A stretch of DNA of 62,623 nt, filler included, from Choristocarpus tenellus KU-1152 (Eukaryota > Protista > Phaeophyceae), in assembly GCA_964200185.2 (NCBI GenBank). It is 8 parts of 8 records of this genome, joined end to end, with 100 filler letters (N's around TTAATTAATTAA, not from the genome) between each part and the next. Parts side by side here need not be neighbours in the genome. Positions count along the whole stretch, not along the records: positions 3,952 to 13,866 come from CAXNAD020003286.1; positions 13,967 to 23,859 come from CAXNAD020003302.1; positions 23,960 to 28,165 come from CAXNAD020015705.1; 5 more parts are not named here. One strand, given 5' to 3'. Of this stretch, positions 11,640 to 24,655 are shown piece after piece. A program made the translations under genes and the position numbers. The notes below the pieces were generated by a model. The model was not told the DNA's origin and did not search any database. It was given only the letters and a program-made list of their open reading frames with translations. Positions within the stretch are counted from its first letter, which is position 1, and every line of letters begins with the position of its first letter.

Positions 11640-12800
11640 CCTACTACCCAGGCACAACTTCCCCCTTTCTCTTTCCTCCTGGTGCGGCTGAAGCACTCTG
11701 ATTGATGACTGGAAGAGCTTCTCCTCCTCTTATTTCCCAGGCACAGATCAAACAGCCCTCCACTCTGTCTTCTCTCCCCTCCTGGTGCTGCTCGAGGACA
11801 GTGACTGCTTTGTGGCGAATGTTCTCTTTTTCCCTCGGGCATACCCAGGCACACCCCCTTTACAAAGAACATAAATTCTCCCCTTCGCCTTTCCTTCTGG
11901 TGCTGCTTGGGCTCTGTAGCTCTTCTTGTTGAAATTTCAGTACCGCAATCCCCAGAGGTAAAAGTAGTCAGTGTGCTAACTGTTTTCGGTAACTCATGAC
12001 TATAGGTTACACAGGAGCTCATCCCAGGCTTTTGCCAACTATTAGAACTTATTGGGTTTCACACAAGGGAGATACTATCCCCCTAATGAGTCACTGCCTT
12101 TCTGAGCGAGGCTGATTACTTTAGATAGATCGGGGAATCCTTATAGTTTGAACAAGCACTACTTTTATGAGCTTGATCTCTGTCATGATTACAAATCTAT
12201 CAAATGGCTAACACAATGCCAGGATACACAACCAGACTGTAGTAGTTGCCCTGCCGAGAAAGGTAGTCTCAGACTACCCTCGGGTGCAACCTAATTGAGT
12301 CTAATAGCTTACGAACCTGGAATTGGCTTTTGTTTTTGCTGACTACTTTCTCAATAGGTCAGCAGATACATAAGATTCAACAGTTCTCATTGTCCTCTTT
12401 CCTCCCCAACGCAGCCCCCATGTATTTTACTAGGCTCTCCCCCTCTAAAAAGAACACACGCCCCCCCCCCTCTTTGCCTTTCCATATATTGCTGCTCAAG
12501 CACTGTCTGCTTAGTTGCGGGTGTTCTCCTTCCTTCTCTCAGCACAGGCCCGCATGTGTTCACCCACGCACAATCCCCTGGCTGTTCCTTCCCTCTGGAC
12601 TGCTGGGGCATCATGGAGCTTTCCCTCCTCTTTCTCACCTGGTTCTGCCCCCCCTCAGTGCCCATGTGGAACAATGGACCCTGCAGTGCCCCATCCTGTT
12701 CATAGGGAGTCGGTAGTAACCCATTATGATTGTGCCAAGTGATTTACAGCAGCACTTGAAGGGATTATTGCTCCATAGCAGTGTCACAACAGGTTTGTCT
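11640..12800. repeat. Unclassified dispersed repeat, homologous to about 42320-42800
   Basis: Shared blocks CTACCCAGGCACAA, CCCAGGCACAGAYCAAACAG, TCCCTCCTGGTGCTGCTCGAG and GTARCCCATTRTG. Confidence 0.7.
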
Positions 12801-13510
12801 GAGTGCTCGTAATTGTACTGAAAAGGATGCTGAAAGGAACACCCAAAAAAGATAGGGAAAGCATCTCCACCACATTTTGTCTTAGCAACAGACACGAACA
12901 CAGCAACAACAATGGAGCGTAGACCATACTCCCACTTTGGTCCCTCTGGTTTTGTTGATTTTACAGTTAGATCAAGCAGCTTCTGCCAACAACGTGTCCC
13001 ATATTTCTGAATGATCGATGACGAAAATTCCTTACCTCTATGCGCCAATGTAGACCTTCAATAAAGCCCTCAGGTTTTCTGTTCTGAGCGGCAGGAAGTA
13101 GAGGAGGGGAAATTTGTTTTCATCGGGAAAAATACTTGCAGTTCCCACTCTTTGCCACCTCAAGTGGAGCCTCATTGCACTGGGAACAACGAGTGCAAAC
13201 AGAAGGGAAAACGGTTGCAGGCTGCTAATTTATATGGGTTGTTGAAAGTGTGGAATGCAAAGAAAATCTATATCTAGGTTCTATGGGAAAGAAAGAGTAA
13301 GAAAACAGTGTCACACCATGTTGGCCCAATCTGTACGTCACCAATCATATGTCACACAAGAAAGGAAAGGAAAGAGGGAAGCAAGAATTATTTATCAATC
13401 CAAGATGAGAAAGGAAACGGCAAAGCAACATTGAGCAGACAATGGTAAGTATGCATGTGCCCTGGTCTACTTGGGCCGCCATAGCTGCTGTTTAGCATGT
13501 AAATAAATCA

Positions 13511-13850
13511 TCACAGCTTCCTTGGAATGCCACTCGCCAACAGAGCTCGTTGTTTGGCCAACCACATACTCGGACAATCTATCTTGATTTGTTGGCCATG
13601 TATTTCATCCCTCAACTGGGATCTTAAACTTTTCAACTGGCATATCAACCAGTAATTCTCTCCACTTCGCTTCCGATTTTCATTTGCAAGCTCCCCAAAC
13701 ATAAATGCCTTTGGAAGTCGCTCATCTCCCATGTATGCATCTGACTCTCTGAACGGATGTGTTTTGACACAGTTGCCTTGATACTCTCACGCCTAGCCTC
13801 CACAAGGGCATCTTTGTTGGGCAATATGTGATCAGCTGTTCCCATTGTGG
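13511..13850 (-). mobile_element. RTE-type LINE 3' remnant
   Basis: ALVEARRESIKATV...GDERLPKAFMFGELANENRKRSG, the typical RTE RT C-terminal RLPKxxxxGEL tail. Confidence 0.65.
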
Positions 13851-14101
13851 TTCAAAGTATCTGGGGNNNNNNNNNNNNNNNNNNNNNNNNNNNNNNNNNN
13901 NNNNNNNNNNTTAATTAATTAANNNNNNNNNNNNNNNNNNNNNNNNNNNNNNNNNNNNNNNNNNNNGGAGTCCCCCCCCCCTTCTTTTTTTTTATTTCCC
14001 CCCCTTCCAGCCCCCCCCCCCCCCCCCCCCGAAAGGGGTTTTCCCCCCCCCCCCCCCCCCCCCCACCCTCCCAAACTACACATGCCATGTCTCCACTGCA
14101 G

Positions 14102-15114
14102 GAGGTGAAGTTCCAACGCCTGCTCAACAAGCTGACAGCCGACATCAGTCTCTACCGGTCCAAGCATGGTGATAATGGTACAACTGGAGCGTCCCCGCCT
14201 ACAGCTAAAGTCACCCCTGGAAAGGGGACTGCCAAGGTGTGTTCTTTCAACATTGTTGTGATGGCCTGTAGACCACATGATCCGTGTGCATCCCCACTGC
14301 CTTGCTGAGCAATATGGGAGGCAGGGGAGGGAATTCTGTGTGTAGGAGCTTTCTGTTTGCACTGTTTTATTATGGTGTGTTGATCTTAGCAGATGGTGTG
14401 CATGACTGGCTTGCATCAGACCCCAACAACACCCTAAAAACCTCTCTCTGGATTCTTCAACTGACTACCTACCTCTGCATGCTGCTGCACATGTGCCAGG
14501 CAAGTTGTTTTCAGGAAGGTTGCAGGCGATCTTCGTTTTTAAAACAATAACACACACACACAAGTGCGCGCGCACACTATCCGCCTTTTAAATCTTCGGA
14601 ACCAAAAGATGCATTGAAGTGTTTGTGTCAGTAATAATCATGCCTCTTAGGTGTTAGCCATTGCGAAGGAAAGGGTTGTAACCGACATGTTCTGCTTATT
14701 CAGTTGTGGACTACAAGGGGACACTCTCTCATGTGAAACCTCCTTCCATTGTGTGAACTCGCCTCCTTGCAGGCTAAGAAGTCCCCCAAGACAAAGACCC
14801 CAATCAATGGTTCTGCTTCTACAATGTCATCAGGAAATGGAACTGCCCAGCCTGTCAACAAAGCAAAACGAGGACCTCCCAAAGCTAGGGGTGCATCAAT
14901 GTCAGCTGAGCCAACATCCAGACCTAGTCCAGAAGACAACAATAAGCTTGAAGGTGCAGGGGAAGGGTCGGCATCAGGGGTTGTAAATGAGGGGGAGGCA
15001 AGTGGTGGGAACAAGGCAAAGGTGGCGATCCCTACTGGGCTCAAGACCAATAGCTCCAAGTTGGCTGCCATCCTGGCTAAGAAGAAGGAGCAGGCCATGG
15101 CTCCTGCCTCTTGA
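14102..15114 (+). CDS. Last two exons of an unknown protein with a low-complexity K/S/G-rich C-terminus (14102-14236, 14773-15114)
   Basis: Polypyrimidine CTGCAG acceptor, phase-0 GT donor and TTGCAG acceptor join EVKFQRLLNKL..KGTAK to AKKSPK..AMAPAS-stop; coding-like GC content. The 5' part is lost at the gap. Confidence 0.65.
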
Positions 15115-15619
15115 CGCGTGAGCTGACCTCTCTTGTGTGTTGCAGATAATGTTTTGTGTGTGTGTGTATCCTTTGAGAAGCCAGGCAATGAAAAGCGCTC
15201 TTTCTTATATTAGGAGGTGGATGGGGCTCGTTGGGAAACAATAGTATGTGGATGGATATACCTCAACTCATGATGAGGTTGTCCCCCTTTGGAGCTTGCT
15301 TCCTCGGGATAGCACTTGTGACCGTAGGCAGATTACGGTCACGATGGTGTCATCATTGCATTGTGCTTACATTTCTGCATGGTAACGAATACTGGTTGAG
15401 GCATCTTTGTAGGTAAAATGTCCGTCTCAACATGGGTATCATCAGTCTGTTTTAGCGGGTAGGAACTTGGTGTGACAGCCTGGAAGGCATTTTTTGTTTT
15501 TTTTTGTGGAGATAGATCTCACTCTCTCACTGTATGTCTCGCCCTGTACAGTATCGTGTGTGGTATTCCTTACCAGGTGTAGTAGAATTGCTGATTCTAC
15601 AAAATAATAAAAAAAATTA

Positions 15620-15650
<31 letters not shown>

Positions 15651-17313
15651 AGGAATACATCGAATATACATTTTCTTGAGAAAATAATAATAATAACTAT
15701 GCAGTGATGAATATTTGAAGAAAAAAAAATGCATTTTAGGCGAAGCGGAAAAAGAGATAGCATTATTTTTTGTTTTGTTCTTTCCTGCCATTTGCCAGAA
15801 ATGGTTCATTCATTTGACGTCTCTCTGAGTAGAGGCCTTAGTACGCACTTTGAATCAACTGTTACATTTTTGTTTGTTTTTTTACTTTTCTACTATGCGA
15901 AGGATCAGAACACAAATATCGCAATGGTCATAAAAGTATCAAGGCATTAGCTCTGGTGGGCACACAGTTGCATTGGGCATGTTAGAATATGTATGAGGAC
16001 CTGACAAATGCTTTACCCCAGTGCTTGGGCTAGATTTTGTCCCATTTCCAATGAACCACTTGTACATTCCGGCGAGGGCTCGTGTCAGATCTCCGTTAAG
16101 TTATCCATGCCTCTGTCCATGTAGTTTTCCTGAAGATAAAATCCGTTCGGAGTACTTCGCATTTCAAAATAATAGTACTGCACTAGTGCGTGGTTTATTA
16201 GCTGGTGATCCGAGGGTCATTTTTTTTTCTTTATTTCCTGTTCTGTTGTTGATTCGATAATGGTTTAATTGTTGCCCACTCATACAGGAAAAGATAATTC
16301 AAGACATCTCTTGTTGTATTCAGTCGAGGACCACGTCCACCCTCCCTGCTTTTTCATTGGATAGGTTTTGTGTGAATCTGTGCATGAATATCGTTTCCCT
16401 TTTTCATTGTTCCCGCTTTGAGGGGAGGGGAGGGGAACAACATAGATGTTCCTTCCTATGTATGGTATTTCATGGAAATGCAAAAAACAATAGAAGGGGG
16501 GTCGATTTTGGCCCCTTTTGAGTTCCTTCTTGAACCTTGCACAATATACACCACGGTCATGCCTGAATTGCTGTTTCAACCCCCCCCCCCCCAAGAGGGT
16601 GTGGCTGTAGATGAAGAGATGATCACTTGTGAACTGAGTAGTAGTCAAAAACACCTTCTATTGAAATTATTAAAATATCTACACCATAATGCAGTTCTCA
16701 GAGTGCTCAAAACATCGATACCCCTCTCTTAGATGGTATGGTATTATTGTGGTGCTTAGAGTCACCAACTATGCCACCAAAACAGCTGCAGAGAACCACT
16801 TCGAAGCAGCTTCAGTTCTCCCACCCTCAACCGACATATCCATGCACAAGAAGAAGGCCTCCCATTTCAATAGGAAACACTAAGTTTGTGCCTTGAAGGA
16901 GGGCATTTGTGCTCTTGTGGACACGATGAATGGACTCTTAATATGAGAGAAATAGGAAGGGAAACAACATGTGAGAGGCTCTCACTGGTCAAAATATACT
17001 CACATCCATCTTAACTTGTGCGTGTGATTTCAGATGCAAGTACCATACATACCAGAAGGTACAGTATGTATGTGTATATAATTTCCTTTCTGATGTTCTT
17101 TTTTTTCCTCCTATACTCAGTGTATACTGCAGTGTGTTTTGCTGCTCTTTGTATACCCCCAATGCCTCACCATTATTCAAAGACCCCCACAGGCAATCAA
17201 CTATTTCACAAAATCCTTTTAAGAAGCCCCAACCCCTGCAAAATCTTCTTCCCTTTTTTGAATTCGCTAATGATGTTCATTGCTTCCTCACAGGTAGAGG
17301 ATTTTGCTGTAAT

Positions 17314-17640
17314 ATTCTTATGATTATCATGGATCATCTTGTTGCTGGAATGCCTATATTCGATGAGCCACAAAATGTCTTTACTGAAATCGATACTGAT
17401 GGTATGGGTGATGTTGAAAAGCAGATTGTAGAGATAATTGAAACACGCGTACGTCCTTCCGTTGCAATGGATGGTGGCGATATAATCTATCAGGGATTTG
17501 AGAACGGTGTGGTATATCTCCAACTTCGTGGTGCATGCTCTGGCTGCCCAAGCTCTTCTATCACATTAAAAAATGGCATCGAATCAATGCTTCAACATTT
17601 TGTATCAGAAGTACAGTCCGTAGAAGCCGTTGAAGAATAT
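17314..17640 (+). pseudogene. nifU: 5'-truncated Rickettsiaceae-type NifU/Nfu Fe-S carrier gene fragment (inside open frame 17134-17703)
   Basis: ILMIIMDHLVAGMPIFDE..EKQIVEIIETRVRPSVAMDGGDIIYQGFENGVVYLQLRGACSGCPSSSITLKNGIESMLQHFVSEVQSVEAVEE with an intact CxxC; intronless, A/T-ending codons unlike host exons; most of the N-terminal domain is missing. Confidence 0.85.
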
Positions 17641-19935
17641 TATCAATATAACATTTTTTTGGAAAACAATGAATTGCCATACCTAGCTCAAAGAAGATAT
17701 TAATATTCTAACAGCATCCGATGGTTTAAGTAAGACACAAAGCGGGTATATGTAACTGTTGCTGTACCACTCCCTGTCCCCTATTAACCCTATGGTTATT
17801 TAAAGAGATCTTGAAAAAGAAAAGATTTTGAAAAAAATTATTCTACCTCTATTTTTTCTTTTTAGGGGTACGTAACCAAGGTGTGAAGTGGTATAAATTT
17901 GAATATTTGAAGAAAATAAAAAAACAATGTCAGCAAAACAGCAGGATGTATCTACTAGATCTTCAGTGTCACTTCATCTTGTAGGAAACAGCAGATTTGT
18001 TGCTTCCGTAGTTAGGAATTACATATAATACATGTGCCTTACTCGCCCTTAATCGATGCAATCTCTCTTAATTAACTACATTGTTTCATTTCGCAATTCT
18101 TAACAAAAACTACGGAATAAAGTACACTGGCTTCATTCATATTGATCAAAAAGCAATCGATCACATTGTGGCAACCTCACCTATGCAGACCCATAGTAAG
18201 AGGGTATTATAATTATTGTTCTTTTCACTGAGTCCTATTACACAAACCAATAAAGCGCACATATTTTCACCTGTACCAACTCCTTGCATCATCCCACTCG
18301 AACACAACCATCCTAACATATCTTAAACCTCCACCCCACTTTTAGCCTGAAAACTAATCATCCAGCAGCATGAAACTATTGATCTTCATATATAATCTAT
18401 GCTATCAACACCTTAGATATTTTCATATAATATTTACTCAGAACAACGAGACAAACCAACTCCAGCTGTTCTTTTTGCAAGATAGCAAGGAGTTGGTCAA
18501 AAAAGACAGACGTGGAAGGATGTCGGCAACATCGACTGTGGCAGATTAAGTCTGCAGTACGCACAAGCTATTTGTAAGAGAAACAGATTCAGGTGCTCAC
18601 TGCGACAGTCATGACAGGTTAACTTCTACCAAGAAACAAAGTGGAGTAATTTCCATCAAATTATCCGTAACCTCCGTACCTCAAAATCATCTCTCCAAAT
18701 GCAGATTGGAGATATGCAATATATGTAGACACTAAACTTAAACTGGATTCCTGTAACTTATTTTGGAGAAAGGCAAAAAAATATGGAACATTTTATCATA
18801 CTTTCAGGCCCAGATCAAAAGTGAAGTGCTTTACTTTAAGCTGTTGTGTGGGAAAAATTATTCAGTCAGTCAGAAAGGTGAAATCCATCATTTATGGCAC
18901 ATCTTAAAGTTTGACTAATAGAAGTTATAACCCATCAAGTTCTCTAATCACGGACTCTGTTGCACTATCAAAAACTTGATGCATAAAGCTAAGGCACCAA
19001 CGCATGAAAAGCAGACTGAGTTAAAATTTATTATCTGAATAATATAAAGTTGATTGATTTATAAAATTGTTCAGGGCGATTGAGTTGGCACATGTGTAAT
19101 GGTTTTTCATAACTCAAGCATTTCTAGAGCCTTCCACATTAAAATACTTTTGTCAATGCAGAATGCAACAAGAACTGAAGCTAATAAAAAGAATGCACCT
19201 CGTATATTTTGTGATATATTTTCTTGCTTGGGTAAGAAAGGGAAAAGCTCGGGAAATTCCGGCATCATCCACCACACATCTGGCGGCGGACGTGCTGCCC
19301 GCCTGTTTACCATGGAATCTCAGTGCTAATGGCAGACCCAACCAGTAACTCTCTTTAACACCATGTAAGCGCTAAGCAACAGGCCTGACCAGGAAGATGG
19401 GAATCAACACCACAGTGAGACTTTGAGAAATAAAACAATTTACCCTCTTGAGACTCACACAACTGTACAAGAAGATTTCTCCCACCACCATCAACACCCC
19501 CCTCCATCATGTAGCAGGTCTTGACTCCATGATGTGACCACTATTAAAGGTGGAAGAGTCAGTTGGTGGCAAGGAATGTCTACCAAGCTTCAAGCTTCAA
19601 CAGACGCTGCTCTCCTTCCCGCCTTTCTTTACCCCAGCTTTATTGTACGTACCTTGTAAGGGATAGCATCATTCACATACCAACAAAATTCTATTACCAC
19701 CAACTCCTCCTAGGGACTCACTCCTATTCCCTCCAACTTGACCACCCCCACCTCAAAACACCTATGACAACCCACACACCTAGTCCACCTCTCTTCCCCA
19801 TTTATGCCAGTGTGGATGCCTGCTTAATGTCCCTCACCGACAGGCATTCAGAACTGGACCGTTATCGGGGATCAAAGGAGATAGGTGATCGTTTTCGCGC
19901 GCCAAAACCACTCTACGGCAAATACAAGTTGCTGC

Positions 19936-21537
19936 TCAGTAGTAGTCGCCGGTGGCCTTTCCCTGAGCATCAAGCAGACCAGACCAGTACCTGGTCTCGA
20001 ACTCGTTCTTCATGTTGCGGTTGATCAGAACCTGGATATTGCCACCGCTGGCCCGCACGTTGAAGACAGCAAGGTTCTTAGGGGGCTCAAGCTTTCCGAG
20101 CACAAGGGGACCGAGGAGGGGGGGGAATGGGCACCAGTCTCCCACCAGCTCGCCAGTTTCGAGGGAGAACGCTGACTTGTGCAGCGGGCACACGATAGCA
20201 CCAGCGGCATTGATGGAACCCTGATCAAGTGGTGTTCCCAGGTGGGGGCAGATGTTGGCGGTTGCGTAGATGGCCCCCTTTTGGTCTGCGGCGATCAGGA
20301 GCTGGAGTCCATCAGTTTCGACACCCACCAGCTCTCCGGGAGCGATCTCGGATGTCTTCAGTACAGACACCCACTCCTCCTGAAAAAATAATGGAAACAT
20401 TTTCAGTGACCATGGCCAATGTAAGACATAGAAGAGATTGAGTGGATCATCATGGTATTACACTAATCCAATCTGTGGATCCCGCCAGTCCTTTACGATC
20501 CTGCCTGGTTGTATGCACGGTGAATACGTCGAGGACATGCAAAGATTTCTTGGACAACTCCGAACAAGAAGCAAGAAAGTAAACGCGACTGACGCACCAC
20601 CATCCAGGTTCAAGGAGTAATTTGGTTCTTAACTTAGCCCAAATGAGGGTAGAATAGACCTTTTTCAACAAGCAAACTCAGAACACCTGTTGAACCTACT
20701 CGGTGGGTTGAGATATATTGTGACAAGCCGCACTCTCTACACCTGCAGCATAGAAATCCGATTGAGACTACAGACATGCTACCAAGGAACCCTGTAAATA
20801 CAAGCCACGTGCTGGAGGAAAAACTTGCTTTCATTACAAACCACTCATTACACTATTTAAACAAAGCAGAAAACTCCCAACTCACGACTTTAGACGCACG
20901 CACATCTATGCGACTTCAGCAAACGCTCACCTTCTTCGCCGCCTTCGTCGCCATGTTCAGCTGAGACTCTCCTCGCATTACCTTTGTTAGCCCACCAGTT
21001 GCCGGTGTAACTGCGAAAAGAGAGGGTGGGGATGGACTGAGTTCGGTGATCGTGCGTACATGAATAAGTGCAAGTTGACAAAGTGTAGGAAACATGTCTG
21101 TTGTTCCTGGTCATCCGCTGACAGGCAAACAAACATTGACGCATGGAGTCCCATGACCATGATCGACATGGACTGAATAATTCAGCAATTACAAGACATC
21201 AACAGTGGAGTTTCCCTAGTCCCTCATACATGTGCCAATGTAGTGACCATAAAGATGACGCAGGTATGGTTGGCTACCACGTACGCAACGAAACCCCTCG
21301 CCCTGGTTACCTACGTCCGTTAGTAACCATCATATGTATTTGAGACCACGCGCGTGGTTCACAAAGCGCTTAGGATATATTCAGGCTGTCTCCCCACCGC
21401 ACAAAGAGATGCGCACATCCTCGTCATCCCAACCCACGTATCCGTTCAAAGTCATTCTGCGATATAGGTCTCTCACCAAACGCATTTGCTCCACTGAGCA
21501 CCGCCAGGAAGCAAGCAAACACGGTGAGCTTCATCAT
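19936..21537 (-). CDS. Plastid-targeted Rieske [2Fe-2S] domain protein, complete (exons 21537-21477, 21010-20931, 20379-19936)
   Basis: Signal peptide MMKLTVFACFLAVLSGANA/F (ASAFAP-type cleavage site) followed by a transit peptide; Rieske boxes CPHLG and CPLH; intron phases 1 and 0 join in frame. Confidence 0.9.
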
Positions 21538-22029
21538 TGTTGTAGTAGGAGAGGGTCTAAAGTTTTGTGATTGACTTGTCTCTAACCTCTAATTAACAAC
21601 AAGCCACTCTGACCTCCTTACCTTTCCTTGTTTGTCAGCCATGCCAAGAAAAAAAAAGTCAGATCCTCATTCAACCTAAAAAATAATAGCAATTCATAGT
21701 ATAGTATGATAGGATGGTGTATCTCCAAAAAATAAAGTATACAGCATATTCGCGCGCATCGCGCGATTCGGTGGAGGGTGAGGGAGGTCCTCACATTACG
21801 CAATCAAAATGGTAGGGTTAGACCTGAGCGGGAGATTGAACAGTCATAAGCAAATACAGCCCCCATCGGGTACAACCATTTATTATGCTGACCTAGTCAA
21901 ACATTCGAAGGACGAGGTGTTGGTGTGGGCTACTTAATAAAGAAGTGTCCTGCTCCTCGTTTACTAATGAAAGGTCACAACCTCTTGCCCTACTCACGTT
22001 CCCTAATTTGGTCACCAGCAATAGTTAAT

Positions 22030-23320
22030 GGCTTAAATACTCCTTCCAAAAGACATCACTGGGCCTCGTCACGATCTAACTGAGAGATATTCCCCCACGA
22101 CGATCAATTGCAGGTCAGCAAGCGTCCCAGTGAATAAAATGCGTTGTACCCCCACTCTGTCCTGCTCGAGTCTTTGTCATGATCTTTAGATTTGAAGCTG
22201 CAGTGGCCCAATACCATGAACTCCGCGAATGCATCCTTAGCCACAGAGCAAGAGTGATTGAGAATTGCACCACTCGAAAGATGGTCTTGGCCCTGGACAG
22301 CAATACCGCATGCAGCAGAGACTTGGACCCAGCCAATCTAAGCAGAGCATCCCATCATCTGTGTCCACTGGAATCTGTCGATTAACATCTTGACACCTTG
22401 GGTATTCTAGGCATCTTCGTATTTGGGACAGTGACATAGGGAAATTTATCGAGATCGTACTGTTGAACAAGCTCACCTGTACCCAAATAGAAAACAGTGC
22501 AGTACTGCCAATGTTGCCGCTCAAGTTGTCAATTGATATCTTGTGCAGATTGGTCAGGTATGCTCTACGGATGCCCCCCTGACTTAGGGACCCATCCCCC
22601 GCACCTGAGGAAGCGCCTCCCAGGAAAGGGAACCCCTCGCCCCTGTCAAGGATCGTCTTGCCCACCGGCCTGGTGGTGTCTCTGTGAACTTTGGGTATAT
22701 TAAAACACATTTACGTGAAAAGAAGGCTGGCGTTGATGTGGACGAACCAGCGAAATTCAAGCAGGGAAGAGTCTCTTTGGCCACTGAGCCACAACAACGT
22801 ACTCTATGGCTGGCTAGTTAACATTAGGTAGCTATGATGTTATCACATCTTCAGTTGTACAACAGCATGCCCTGTAATCTCTTCACTATTAGAGCAAATG
22901 TTTGGGGGTACTTGCATTTGCACACACGGTGTTTCTCACACAGCAGGCAAGTACTCCTCTAAGATATTTACTTTGGTTTGTACTTGTCACCTTCGGCAAT
23001 TGGCCCATGTTCATTAGTGGCCTGGTCCTACTGTTCTCACTCATTGTTTCCAGGGCGATGAAACCTGCCAAAGAGATTTGTAGTCAATTGTCCCGACAGA
23101 AACGAATTTTGCAACTTACCTCCTATCACTCAAATGATCCAAATGAGGGTGTCAGTCAAAGTCTATGTGGGCGCATGGAGATAGGGACTTCCCTCATTGG
23201 ACCTTCCAACACGTGGAAAATGCTGGCGACGGGACCTGCCAGATCCACACTCAAATTCACACAATTTTGCGGGACAGAGGTGGGAATGTCGTCTGCGCCA
23301 CGTTTTTGATGTTGTGCTCA
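22030..23320 (-). mobile_element. Degenerate Ty1/copia remnant (integrase to RNase H, internally deleted)
   Basis: Minus-strand SVDLAGP (first integrase Asp, about 23250), RGEGFPFLG (about 22630) and a weak HFI RNase H-like end (about 22135); heavily disrupted. Confidence 0.45.
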
Positions 23321-23791
23321 TGTCTATTCCTCAGAAAATCAAGTGGTAAAGATGCCCTTTCTTTCTCTCCTGGATGTCCCTTATGACATCCTCTTGCGTG
23401 GTTGATCCCTTCACCTCATGTTACAACCATTCCTTTGTTCTTTGTCAAGATAAACGCACCCGTCAGGATAATCGCAAGTACTCAAATGAATATATTGTGA
23501 TTAGTATATCGAGCGATATTCCTGTTGAGAAGTACTGTGTCTCACTTGCAACAACCATAATGGGCTATAGCAGACCTCTCAAGATATATGGCAAGAGTAA
23601 GGTTGGTACTCCAGAGGGCTGAGCTTAGTACGGGTAAAAGGGTGGAATCTGCATCAGAGGGAAAGAGGAGGTAAAGCTCCACCAGTTAGTAGTCCCTGTG
23701 CTCTAGCAGCACCAGCAGTTAAAGAACCACAGGGGTAGGTCAACTATCCCCTCAATAATGTATAATAAAATTTTGTTGGAATGTAGATGTC

Positions 23792-23859
23792 TCAAAGTAT
23801 CTGGGAGGGGGTGGCGGCTGTCCATTTGGGGTCAATTTTTTCATGTCGCGATTTTTGGG
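23792..23859 (-). mobile_element. MITE family A, partial copy at contig end
   Basis: CAAAGTATCTGGGAGGGGGTGGCGGCTGTCCATTTGGGGTCAATTTTT is the reverse complement of about 30-98. Confidence 0.8.
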
Positions 23860-24013
23860 NNNNNNNNNNNNNNNNNNNNNNNNNNNNNNNNNNNNNNNNN
23901 NNNTTAATTAATTAANNNNNNNNNNNNNNNNNNNNNNNNNNNNNNNNNNNNNNNNNNNNCCCAAAGGATCTCAGCTGCGCCGGCTTCCTGAAGCGGCCTT
24001 ACGCCCACCCCTT

Positions 24014-24045
<32 letters not shown>

Positions 24046-24065
24046 ACCCAATATCAAATGCTTGC

Positions 24066-24624
24066 CTGCAAATCGGTCGAGGGCATCATACAGAGTGAAA
24101 GAACTCTTCCGTCTTGCAAGCCTCCCAAGGCAGCGGAAAACCTCCGGAGTGAGAAGCATTATCCCGCAATCCAGACCATCCCACGTACTTTGCAAGCCCT
24201 GATCACGCCTTCCAATGGCCACCACTCTGTCCAAGAGCTGAACGTCACAACAGTTCACAAGGAGCAGGTGGGGAAGGGAAGCAGTTGCGTCGTAGTGATA
24301 CATGAAACCGTAATGTAACTGCCAAAAAAAAACGGTCACAACAACATGAAATCAACAGATACGCCCTCCAAACAAACGCCCTCAACTCTTGAAACCCCTC
24401 CTCCATATATCCAACTGGCTCCTCTCGTTCCACAATTCCCAACTGGTAACAAGATCGGATTTATTTCCTTGTCCCACCTGCTTGCCTACATCTCCTTACC
24501 TGAGTGCTTCCAGCATCCTTTAGCTCTCCGTCATGACCTACACCCGATGACCTGTGGACAAAATTTGCTGTTCGTGGAAGAAAGCTGCAACACACACACA
24601 CACAAAGGCATATATGTACATACA

Positions 24625-24655
<31 letters not shown>

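Noticed and set aside
13967-14075. Poly-C tracts and poly-Gly/Pro ORFs (also 24005-24050 and 28090-28165)
   Set aside because: Low-complexity, low-quality contig-end sequence in introns.
17314-21537. nifU next to a Rieske Fe-S gene as a functional Fe-S cluster or operon
   Set aside because: Opposite strands, different origin and codon usage, and the nifU is truncated; the proximity is probably chance.
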